Of a stretch of DNA of 64,000 bases, positions 52,447-61,031 are shown piece by piece. The notes under the pieces were generated by a model, which saw only the letters and a list, made by a program, of their open reading frames with translations, was not told where the DNA came from and ran no database searches. Position numbers and translations under genes: made by a program. The DNA comes from a virus: the IMG/VR virus record IMGVR_UViG_3300019742_000002, positions 27,724 to 91,723 of that record; one strand, given 5' to 3'. Positions within the stretch are counted from its first letter, which is position 1. Each line of letters begins with the position of its first letter.

Positions 52447-53049
52447 GTATCTACGATTGAATATAATAATTTATATTTTTTAAAATTTTTATTCTTTTCT
52501 TTATTATAAGAGTTTTTATTTACAAATTTCACTTTTTATAAGTTTTTGTTATACTTTTAATCTTAGATGGTTTTGAATAAAAATGGTTATAATAGAGGAT
52601 GTAAGCTTATTTTAATTGATTTAATAGTATGTATATGGTATTAGATTTAAAGATGTTTAAATGTGTATTAAGGGTATTTAAAAGATATAGAAGTATATAA
52701 GAGTATCTACGATTGTAATATAATAGTTTAAATATAACAAAAACTTATAAAAAGTGAAATTTGTAAATAAAAACTCTTATAATAAAGAAAAAGAATAAAA
52801 ATTTTAAAAAATATAAATTATTATATTCAATCGTAGATACTTTTATTTTATTTTAGAATTATACACAAATGAATTAAACTTATATGTGAAATGTAAAAAA
52901 GGGAATTAAACGGAGGTATTTTAAATCAAAAGTTAATTTAAAAAGTTTTAATTTTGAAAATTTAAAAAAGACATTACTATCTTAAATTCACTTACATATT
53001 TAAAAAGGGTATTAAAAAGAAAAACTAATAAAACACTTTAGTTAATCTT
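52447..53049. repeat. repeat block B (element copies 6 at 52447-52569 and 7 at 52701-52840), inverted homolog of block A
   Basis: Same motifs in reverse order and orientation relative to 34783-35462. Confidence 0.88.
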
Positions 53050-53085
53050 ATTAATTTTTATGTTGTAGCTTATTGTTTGGTATTA

Positions 53086-53634
53086 CTATATAGATTTCCT
53101 AAAAGTTAAAGAAATCCTTGGAGTTAATATCTTATTTTGTTTTGGTATTTCGTGAGTAAAATGTTCTTGAAATCCTTTCTTCATAATAAATAAACTTCCA
53201 TGTTCTACATTAATAGTTTTCTTATAGGTTTTATCATCACTTCTAATAGTAAATTTTCTAGTTGTCCCTAAAGATATTACATAGATTGATTCGTTGGAGT
53301 CCATAGACTTTTCATCGTCTTTATGTTTAGCTATAGAATCACTTCCATCTCTATATAGATTCAATAAACAAGAATTTAAATTATGATTATCTAATTCTTT
53401 CATTATATCCTTTACCACTTCAATCATTTCACAAGGTTCATTATGCAACCCTGAATAGTCATAGGAATTTTTGGAATACCATTTAACCATTCTAGGCATT
53501 TTGACCTCTCTACCATAAAATTGATATGAATGGCTTACCCAATCAACTTGTTTCATAATATCTCTAAAATACTCTTTACCTTTTTGAGGCTCTATATATT
53601 TTGGTAAATATTCAAAATAACTTTCATAATCCAT
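53086..53634 (-). CDS. AlkB-family 2OG-Fe(II) dioxygenase
   Basis: NSCLLNLYRDGSDSIAKHKDDE (HxD), FTHEIPK, RISLTFR. Confidence 0.92.
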   Translation of the reverse strand: MDYESYFEYLPKYIEPQKGKEYFRDIMKQVDWVSHSYQFYGREVKMPRMVKWYSKNSYDYSGLHNEPCEMIEVVKDIMKELDNHNLNSCLLNLYRDGSDSIAKHKDDEKSMDSNESIYVISLGTTRKFTIRSDDKTYKKTINVEHGSLFIMKKGFQEHFTHEIPKQNKILTPRISLTFRKSI

Positions 53635-54163
53635 CTAAAATTCCTTTAATTTCTTTTATACATTTTTTATAATCTATATTCTCAACAACATAATCGAATT
53701 CATTTTCTATAATATCTTTTGGATATAATTCTAAATCATCTTTTAGCCTTCTATTAAATTCTTCTTGACAAAATGAACCTCTTGATATAGCTCGTTCTCT
53801 TCTAATTTCTATAGGTGCATCGATAAAAATAGAGATAACTTTAAATTTGTTTCTAATCGCTTTAAGACCTTTTAAATCTAGTACTGATATATAATTACCA
53901 TATTTTATAGAGGATTTATGAATACCATAATACCAAGTATCTGTATTAGTTATATATTTTCTATACTCTAAGAATTCATTATTTTTTATTTTATTTTTGA
54001 AGTTTTCTTTAGAAATAAAATGATATTCTTTACCGTTTATTTCTTTCTTTCTAATAGGTCTTGAAGTATATGATATAATTTCTTTAAATTTATAGAGGTT
54101 TTTTATATTATTTAGGATAGTATCTTTACCTACTCCTGAAAATCCTGATAGAATTATAATCAT
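53624..54163 (-). CDS. gmk: guanylate kinase
   Basis: SGFSGVGKDT, SYTSRPIR..E.NGKEYHF, YYG. Confidence 0.9.
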   Translation of the reverse strand: MIIILSGFSGVGKDTILNNIKNLYKFKEIISYTSRPIRKKEINGKEYHFISKENFKNKIKNNEFLEYRKYITNTDTWYYGIHKSSIKYGNYISVLDLKGLKAIRNKFKVISIFIDAPIEIRRERAISRGSFCQEEFNRRLKDDLELYPKDIIENEFDYVVENIDYKKCIKEIKGILDGL

Positions 54164-54466
54164 CTAAATCCATTTAGATAATGAAGATTTACCTATAGCA
54201 CCTACAACCTCATCTTTTATTTCATTTAGTGTATAGAAATCCTTTTCTTGAATGAATATATTTTTAGCTAGTTTATCAGTTCCTATACTGGGTACTAAAA
54301 TACTTGTAATAACTTCCTCATCTCCTTCAAACTCTATTTTCTCAATAACACTAAAACCCTCAGCCGTAACTGTATGTTTTTCTATAGTCGTTGTGTTTTC
54401 ATCAATAGAACCAAATCTATATACCTCATCATTTTTAAAATATTTTCTAGTTGGGATTTTGTGCAT
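54164..54466 (-). CDS. hypothetical protein
   Basis: Coupled ORF. Confidence 0.6.
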   Translation of the reverse strand: MHKIPTRKYFKNDEVYRFGSIDENTTTIEKHTVTAEGFSVIEKIEFEGDEEVITSILVPSIGTDKLAKNIFIQEKDFYTLNEIKDEVVGAIGKSSLSKWI

Positions 54467-54710
54467 TATTTTCCTTTGTATATTCTTTGAACCATTTTAA
54501 TATATCTTTATCATAACTAAACATTCCTGTTTTATCGAAATAAAGACTCCTCATTTTTTCATTGACACTGTTATATTCGGTTCCTTTAGTTTTACAAGCC
54601 CTACATTTATAAAGAGGTTCAAGAGTTGTTATATCTCTATCTTTATCATATTTTGTAATATAATCTTGAATTTCTAAAGGTGATTGACATATTGTGCAAA
54701 GTTTATTCAT
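54447..54710 (-). CDS. zinc-ribbon protein
   Basis: CTIC...CRAC. Confidence 0.6.
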   Translation of the reverse strand: MNKLCTICQSPLEIQDYITKYDKDRDITTLEPLYKCRACKTKGTEYNSVNEKMRSLYFDKTGMFSYDKDILKWFKEYTKENNAQNPN

Positions 54711-54797
54711 TTAATTCCTTTATAATAATAGATACTTAAATATTCGGGAAGTAGTAGAGGGAGTTTATACATCTCTACTATTATCTTATGATGGATA

Positions 54798-55469
54798 TTA
54801 CATATTATCTATATATATCCTACCACTTACTTGTCCACCAGAGTCTGTACGAAGTCCATTAATAAAATTACCTTCAATATCTTTCATAAACATATTCAAT
54901 CTTTTATATGTATCATTAACCAATTGATAATAAAAATGACCTCTTTTAATATCTTCCTCAGTGGCGTAATTAGGTATCATTTGCTCATCTTTATTAATAT
55001 ATAGCACTATACCACCATCTTTAAATTCTATATTATTAAAACCATATTTCTTAGATAGCTTTTCTATATCATTCTCTATATGTTTGAAGGTGAACTCACC
55101 AAATAGTTCACTATCTCCTTGTTCAATCACTTCTTTTGGTTTCTTAATATCATTTACCGATTGTACTTGCTTACCAAAGAATCTACTAAAATCTCTTACA
55201 TTTTTAAGTTCTTTTATGCTTTTTAGATTTCTTGAAACTTCAAAATACTCTCCATCTTCTTTAAATCCAACTAAATACATATCTTTAAATACTAAAGTTA
55301 TATTATCAAAATTAACTAATACATAACCCATTTCTTGTTCCATATCCATAGTTTTTGAACCTAGATATTTCTTTATGATATTAAAATATTTTAATCCTTG
55401 ACCTTGACTAATCTTAACCTCATTCAAACCATCTATCTTTTCTTGTACTATTTGTCTATATAATTTCAT
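54798..55469 (-). CDS. hypothetical late protein, possible internal head protein
   Basis: TATAAATA promoter; MKLYRQIVQEKIDGLNE leader. Confidence 0.65.
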   Translation of the reverse strand: MKLYRQIVQEKIDGLNEVKISQGQGLKYFNIIKKYLGSKTMDMEQEMGYVLVNFDNITLVFKDMYLVGFKEDGEYFEVSRNLKSIKELKNVRDFSRFFGKQVQSVNDIKKPKEVIEQGDSELFGEFTFKHIENDIEKLSKKYGFNNIEFKDGGIVLYINKDEQMIPNYATEEDIKRGHFYYQLVNDTYKRLNMFMKDIEGNFINGLRTDSGGQVSGRIYIDNM

Positions 55470-55532
55470 AACTATACTCCTTATTTTCTTTTATTTATAA
55501 ATGTATTATACCACACTAAACTTAAACCTTTC

Positions 55533-56024
55533 TTAACTCCAATCTAAATCCAAATTATCTACCACTTCATTTTCTAAAACTATTTCAAAATCAATCTTAG
55601 GTAATTTAGAAATATCTAAATTTTTACAACTATAGCCTAGTGTAATATGTGGAGAATATTCATCAAAATCTGATATAAAATCATAATCCTGAACAAGCTC
55701 TTTATTTCTATTAACTAAATCCTTTGAATCTAATTCTAAAACAAGTATATCGGAATCTTCTCCAAATTTATTGAAACTTTTGAAAGAACAATTATATTTA
55801 TTTTCATTGGTTTTTATTTGACCTTGATGAATTTTCTTAGAATATATCAGGGTACAATGTAATTTTTTATTAATATCAATATCATCTATTTCCTTTAGAT
55901 ATTTTTCTTGATACTCTTTGAGTTTAGTTTCAGTTTCTTTGTTGGGATTTACTGATATATAAACACCGTCTTTAAATTCTAAACCCTCCTTGAAGAAGTT
56001 TAGAAAGTTTGGTATGTTGTTCAA
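55533..56024 (-). CDS. acb1: anti-CBASS 2H phosphoesterase Acb1 (T4 gp57B-like)
   Basis: EFKDGVY, HCTLIYS, LVLELDS, DFDEYSPHITLGY, LDLDW parallel the T4 57B motifs (two HxT). Confidence 0.85.
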   Translation of the reverse strand: MNNIPNFLNFFKEGLEFKDGVYISVNPNKETETKLKEYQEKYLKEIDDIDINKKLHCTLIYSKKIHQGQIKTNENKYNCSFKSFNKFGEDSDILVLELDSKDLVNRNKELVQDYDFISDFDEYSPHITLGYSCKNLDISKLPKIDFEIVLENEVVDNLDLDWS

Positions 56025-56051
56025 ATTTATTTCCTTTTGGTTTATTTATAT

Positions 56052-58409
56052 CTAGCTACAACTCTCACATTCTTCATCATCACCCTCTTTAGGTTGTTTA
56101 ACATAATATAATGTCTTAAGCCCTAAATAAAACGCGTAAAGATGTATATCCATAAGTTCCTCTAAACTATCGGGTCTCAAAAAATACATATTAACACTTT
56201 GAGATTGGTCTAGCCATTTTTGTCTAACCGCCGCATTTTCCATTAACGAATATTGGTCACAGTCAAAAGCTTTTTTGTAATATTGGTTATTAGTCTTAAA
56301 GTTAGGTACAAGTGTTGGAATGTTTGATGTACCCTCTTCTTTATAGAAAAAATTATTAATAGGTTCAATACTTTCAGTGGCATTAATTGATTTTCCCGAT
56401 GTAGATGTTGGAGCAATAGCCATCAATGTTGCATTTCTTAAACCATATCTCATAATATCCTCGGCTAATTTATTCCATTTATCCATATCAACTTCATATT
56501 TTGTTAAATTGATAGCCTCTTGTTTAGCTTTATGAATAGGTAAAATTCCTTTAGCCCAATCAGTTTCATAAAACTTCTCAAATCTACCCTTTTCTTTGGC
56601 CAACTCCATAGAAACTGATATAATTTTATATGATAAATCATCAAATAATTTATCAGTTTCTTCAAGAGCTTCTTTAGAATCTATGACAATTTTATTAAGT
56701 GCTAAATAGTTTGTATAATTCATAACACCTACACCCATATACCTATACATCATATTAGCATTTTTACCCTCTTTAACAGGGTATGAAGCAACATCAATAG
56801 TGTTGTCAAGACCTCTAAGAAGCACTCTAATAGTATTCCATCTACTATCCTCATCCATATAGTACCATTTTTCAAGATTTACAGAAGTAAGATTACAAAG
56901 TGCTACTTCACCGGCTGTATATTTCTTTTCAATTACTTTAGAACCATCTTCAAGAGTCATAAGACTTTCACTAATTACTTCGGATGGTCTGCTAGATTCC
57001 AAAATTTCCGTGCAAAGATTTGAACATCCTATATATCTATCAGTCATATTTCCATCATTTACATTCTCTTCATGGAAAACATAAATATTACCAGTTTCTG
57101 ACCTCTCTTTTGAAAACTTTTGAAATAACTCTCTAGCATTTACCTTTTTTCTTCTAATAGATGTTTTAGCAACATATTCATTATAATTTCTATTAAACTC
57201 TTCTCCATATACACCTATTAATTTAGGAGTATCTTTTGGGTCAAATAGATAAATGTCTTCATTTGATTGTACTTTATCTATAAATATTTGATTAAGTTTT
57301 AAAGCATATTTAAGACCTCTTGCTCTATTTTCCTCAGTACCTCCATTAGATTTTAGTGAAAGTAAATCAAATACATCTATATGCCACCAAGAGAAATAAA
57401 CTGCTAAACTTCCTGCCCTTTTTCCACCTTGATTCCACGCTTTCATAATACTCTCAAAAAACTTCATAAAAGGTATAGGGCCACTTGAATAACCTTGTGT
57501 TCCCTCAATATATGAACCCTTAGCTCTCATTGAAGTTATATCAAGTGCTGTACCACCTTTATATTTGGAATAAATACCTAAGTTTTTACCAGTATCAAGA
57601 ATGTTATGTGAATCATCAATAAGAGTAGTTAAAACACAACTAGATAACTGTTGATTAGGTGTTAAAGCATTCATATTAATTGGTGTAGCTCTTGTATATA
57701 GATGAGTACTAAGAGCATTATATTCCTCTATAATCCTTTGAACCTTATCGTCCTCTTCAATCATTAAAGCTATAGCTACTCTCATATATGTAATTTGAGG
57801 TAGTTCTAATTTTCTTGTTTTAGTATAATTCAAACAATATTTATCAAAAAATATAGAAAGAGATTTATATGTAAAGTTTAGATCTCTTTCTGGTACTATA
57901 ACACTGTTAAGCCGTTCTATCTCATCATCAGTTAGTTTTTTAAGAGTGTTTTTATCATATATTTTATGTTCTATACCTTTAGCAAAAACATCTTTTAAAT
58001 GAGGATATGATTTAGTATCTTTTAAATTATATGTCTCTTTATAATAAGATAGTAATTGTAGTTTAGCTGAAATAGTTTCCCAAATTGGAAATAGCATAGA
58101 TATTTTATTAACTGCTGTATTGATAAGTTGCTCATACATATCCTGAATTCTTATCTCCTTTTGAAGCTTAATTTTAGTGTCTCTAATAAGTTCATCAGCT
58201 AGACTCCTATTATTATCAGTAGCATACATACATACTCTATCTAACTTTTTAGGACTAAACAATTCTCTTTTGCCATCTCTTTTAATGAGAATAATTTTAT
58301 TAGCTTTCATCTCATCTTGATTAGAAATATCTATTACCTCTTTACTGTTGACAGCTTTTGTTAGTTCGTTTAGTGATAGTTTATTATATCTTTTTTGTTT
58401 TTTAGACAT
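56052..58409 (-). CDS. nrdA: ribonucleotide reductase class Ia alpha subunit
   Basis: N-terminal ATP cone (IKRDG), QLSSC, NQGGKRAG, SNLCTE, AIAPT, DQSQS, C-terminal CESCS. Confidence 0.96.
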   Translation of the reverse strand: MSKKQKRYNKLSLNELTKAVNSKEVIDISNQDEMKANKIILIKRDGKRELFSPKKLDRVCMYATDNNRSLADELIRDTKIKLQKEIRIQDMYEQLINTAVNKISMLFPIWETISAKLQLLSYYKETYNLKDTKSYPHLKDVFAKGIEHKIYDKNTLKKLTDDEIERLNSVIVPERDLNFTYKSLSIFFDKYCLNYTKTRKLELPQITYMRVAIALMIEEDDKVQRIIEEYNALSTHLYTRATPINMNALTPNQQLSSCVLTTLIDDSHNILDTGKNLGIYSKYKGGTALDITSMRAKGSYIEGTQGYSSGPIPFMKFFESIMKAWNQGGKRAGSLAVYFSWWHIDVFDLLSLKSNGGTEENRARGLKYALKLNQIFIDKVQSNEDIYLFDPKDTPKLIGVYGEEFNRNYNEYVAKTSIRRKKVNARELFQKFSKERSETGNIYVFHEENVNDGNMTDRYIGCSNLCTEILESSRPSEVISESLMTLEDGSKVIEKKYTAGEVALCNLTSVNLEKWYYMDEDSRWNTIRVLLRGLDNTIDVASYPVKEGKNANMMYRYMGVGVMNYTNYLALNKIVIDSKEALEETDKLFDDLSYKIISVSMELAKEKGRFEKFYETDWAKGILPIHKAKQEAINLTKYEVDMDKWNKLAEDIMRYGLRNATLMAIAPTSTSGKSINATESIEPINNFFYKEEGTSNIPTLVPNFKTNNQYYKKAFDCDQYSLMENAAVRQKWLDQSQSVNMYFLRPDSLEELMDIHLYAFYLGLKTLYYVKQPKEGDDEECESCS

Positions 58410-59541
58410 TTTCTCTTCTTTCTTTTATTCTATTTAAAATTTTATTCATATCTTGTGGAGTATCTTCCAAATCATTTCTCATAATACCAATCGAATAAAC
58501 AGCTAAATCTGATTCTTGAAGTGCCGCGTTATCAAGATTTAAGTCCTTGTATGTTTCAAACCAACTAACAATATCAGTCTTTTTTTGTCCAAATATTTCA
58601 GGTTGCCCTATAGCTTTTAACCTTAAATCTACATAATACTTTAGAAATTGCTCTAAAATAGGTTCGGTGATACCCGGTATATTTCCGAAAGACATTAGAT
58701 ATTTTCCAAATTCTATCTCATCATCATAAACCTCTTGAAACACTCTTTTAGACATTTCATAAAACCATTTAGATTTTATTAATTCACTAAAACCCTCATC
58801 CTTTTCTTTTTTTAATATATTAATAGTACCTGAACTCATAGCATTATGCAAATCTTCATCATGATTGATTAGTTTAATTATTCTAGTAGCACCTTGTATT
58901 GATGAGCTATAACTATTATTAATTATGTATGTAATAAGAAAAGATACATAAAATTTAACACCCTCCAACGCAAATATAGAAACTAATAATTCAAGAAGTA
59001 ATTTCTTTTTATCTTCTAAAGTTTCTAAATTATTTATATTTTTAACTCTTGAATATAAATCAATTTCTTTATTAACTCTATTTTTAATTTCAGGATAATC
59101 ATCAATTCTATCAAAAATTTCACTAGCGTCACTAAAAATACCTCTAAGAATATGTGAATAGGATAAAGAATGAATCAACTCAAAATATCCCCAAGTTTTT
59201 GCCATAGCTTCAAATTCCGGATTAGTAAATAGTCCAGCAAGTACATCTTCGAGTCCAGAGTTTTGAGCTGAATCCATTAATGTCTGAAATAGCCATACTC
59301 TAATCATAACTTCTTGAATATGTTGGGGTAATTCTGGGAATTTTTGAGAGTCATTATTCATAGAAATTTCGTTAGGATTCCAAAAAGCGTTTCTTTGTCT
59401 CTCCTCTTGAATAACAGCAAATTTATATTTAGGTGAATCATATCTTTGAAATCCTGAATATTTACCAAAGAATATCTTATCGTCTTCTCTTGAATTTACT
59501 AGATTTTTAGTGTCTAGTATTTTATCATAACTAGACCCCAT
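58402..59541 (-). CDS. nrdB: ribonucleotide reductase class Ia beta subunit
   Basis: FWNPNE, QTLMDSAQ, ELIHSLSY, LEGVKFYVSF, DEDLH, QE..Y. Confidence 0.96.
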   Translation of the reverse strand: MGSSYDKILDTKNLVNSREDDKIFFGKYSGFQRYDSPKYKFAVIQEERQRNAFWNPNEISMNNDSQKFPELPQHIQEVMIRVWLFQTLMDSAQNSGLEDVLAGLFTNPEFEAMAKTWGYFELIHSLSYSHILRGIFSDASEIFDRIDDYPEIKNRVNKEIDLYSRVKNINNLETLEDKKKLLLELLVSIFALEGVKFYVSFLITYIINNSYSSSIQGATRIIKLINHDEDLHNAMSSGTINILKKEKDEGFSELIKSKWFYEMSKRVFQEVYDDEIEFGKYLMSFGNIPGITEPILEQFLKYYVDLRLKAIGQPEIFGQKKTDIVSWFETYKDLNLDNAALQESDLAVYSIGIMRNDLEDTPQDMNKILNRIKERRENV

Positions 59542-59984
59542 TATTCAATCTCCATTTCTCTTTGATTTTGTTTATTCTTTTGAGCTATTTTTATAGACTT
59601 TTTCTTATCATCTTTATCCTTAAACTCTTCTAAAGAATTAAGATATTCCTCATCAGAAATAGATTCAAAATAAGCCTGTCTATTTTTTAGGTTTCTTTTT
59701 GCTATATATTCTTTAGTATTATCCAATAATTCACTTCTATCATTAATAAAAGTATTCACAATTTCTTGCTTTATATCATCAGAAATAGGAGGAACTTTTA
59801 CATTTTTTATGTTAGTTTTCTTATATGTTTTTTTAAGTTCTTTTTTAGATTTCCTAATAATTCTACCAGATGGTTGTCCATCTTCTAAAGTCTCTATTTG
59901 AGAAACTATAACACAAGCTCCCGAATCCGAATATAATAGTTCAATTATATCATCTCTATTTTGTTTGTTCATATAAAAATTCAT
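59541..59984 (-). CDS. hypothetical protein
   Basis: Coupled to nrdB; TATAAATA upstream. Confidence 0.7.
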   Translation of the reverse strand: MNFYMNKQNRDDIIELLYSDSGACVIVSQIETLEDGQPSGRIIRKSKKELKKTYKKTNIKNVKVPPISDDIKQEIVNTFINDRSELLDNTKEYIAKRNLKNRQAYFESISDEEYLNSLEEFKDKDDKKKSIKIAQKNKQNQREMEIE

Positions 59985-60055
59985 TTATATACCTTTTAGT
60001 TTATTTATATCTTTAGAATTATAGCTAATGGATGTTTAAAATATTTGGGATTTGG

Positions 60056-60170
60056 TAGGGAGTTTTGGGAAGTTTGTACCCTATCATAATTAACTAGGAC
60101 ACCGAGTTTTGTTAGGTGTGGTTTAATCAAGTCCATAAGGACTTGATTTTATTTCATAATTAACTCCCTA
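60056..60170. other. structured intergenic element
   Basis: TAGGGAGTT/AACTCCCTA closing IR, two internal hairpins, TCATAATTAACT twice. Confidence 0.5.
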
Positions 60171-60222
60171 AAAGAGCTATATTTCTTTATTAAGAACAAT
60201 TTTTCAACTTTCTTTGGTATAT

Positions 60223-60608
60223 TTATTCTCTCTCTAATACATTCTTAACTCTTTCTACATATTTCATAATACCTGGGTTTTGCCAAATTAAATCACTCAA
60301 AGAATGAGAATCTTCACTGGTTCTAATTTGTCTCTTATCACTTCTCAGTTTCTTTTTTATTTTATCTAATGTATTGTTTTTGATATATTTAAGTGGTAGT
60401 TCTATATCACCCATATTACTTTCAATTTCATCAATAAACATAATATAAAGTGTATCATCATCGACAGTTAATCTTACATCATAATCAAAACCATCTCCGT
60501 CTATATCTTCATACTCTTCAAATCTTGACAAATCAGGTTTGTCACCCTCATTTAAACCTAACTCTCTCTCTCCATAAACTCTCTAAAACCCTCATTTAAT
60601 TTTCTCAT
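60223..60608 (-). pseudogene. late gene frameshifted in an (AG)5 tract
   Basis: RBS+ATG at 60608; removing one AG joins MRKLNEGFREFMERE to LGLNEGDKPDLSRFEE. Confidence 0.55.
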
Positions 60609-60660
60609 CTTTAATCTCCTTAATTTTTAATTTCTTTAAATCTACCTAATTATAGTCTAA

Positions 60661-60752
60661 TAAACTTAAACTAACCTTAAATACAAAACCTTTTCTATTA
60701 TTTATAAACTTAAACTAACCTTAAATACAAAACCCTTTCTATTATTTATAAA
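60661..60752. repeat. 2 x 44-bp tandem duplication of promoter region
   Basis: TAAACTTAAACTAACCTTAAATACAAAACCyTTTCTATTATTTA twice. Confidence 0.85.
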
Positions 60753-60823
60753 ACTTTTTATTCACTCTCCTCTAATTTTAAACAAATTTACCCTAAAATA
60801 AGATATATAAATATTAATGAGAT

Positions 60824-60967
60824 ATGAATAATTTGATTTGGCTTTCGTACGCCATCGTTATCTAAGTTTTATTAGGTCATTTAAAAGGAAGTAAAATCTC
60901 TTTTTAAGTGTACCGAAACCAAATCAAATTATTCATCATAATAAACTTAGATAACGAGAAGTACGAA
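60824..60967 (+). promoter_or_regulatory. pseudoknot-type leader (interleaved inverted repeats)
   Basis: 18-bp stem 60824-60841/60919-60936; loop 60855-60874 complementary to 60939-60957. Confidence 0.7.
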
Positions 60968-61031
60968 CACCTCATCTAAAGTTTATTAACTCACATAAAT
61001 CCTATTAAAAGGAATAAAGAGGTAAATAAAA

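Noticed and set aside
4639-55326. Short antisense ORFs in the track (e.g. 4639+, 5095+, 11999+, 12344+, 19256+, 29990-, 38174+, 45445+, 46850+, 55084+)
   Set aside because: They overlap well-supported genes on the opposite strand and lack RBS or motifs; shadow ORFs.
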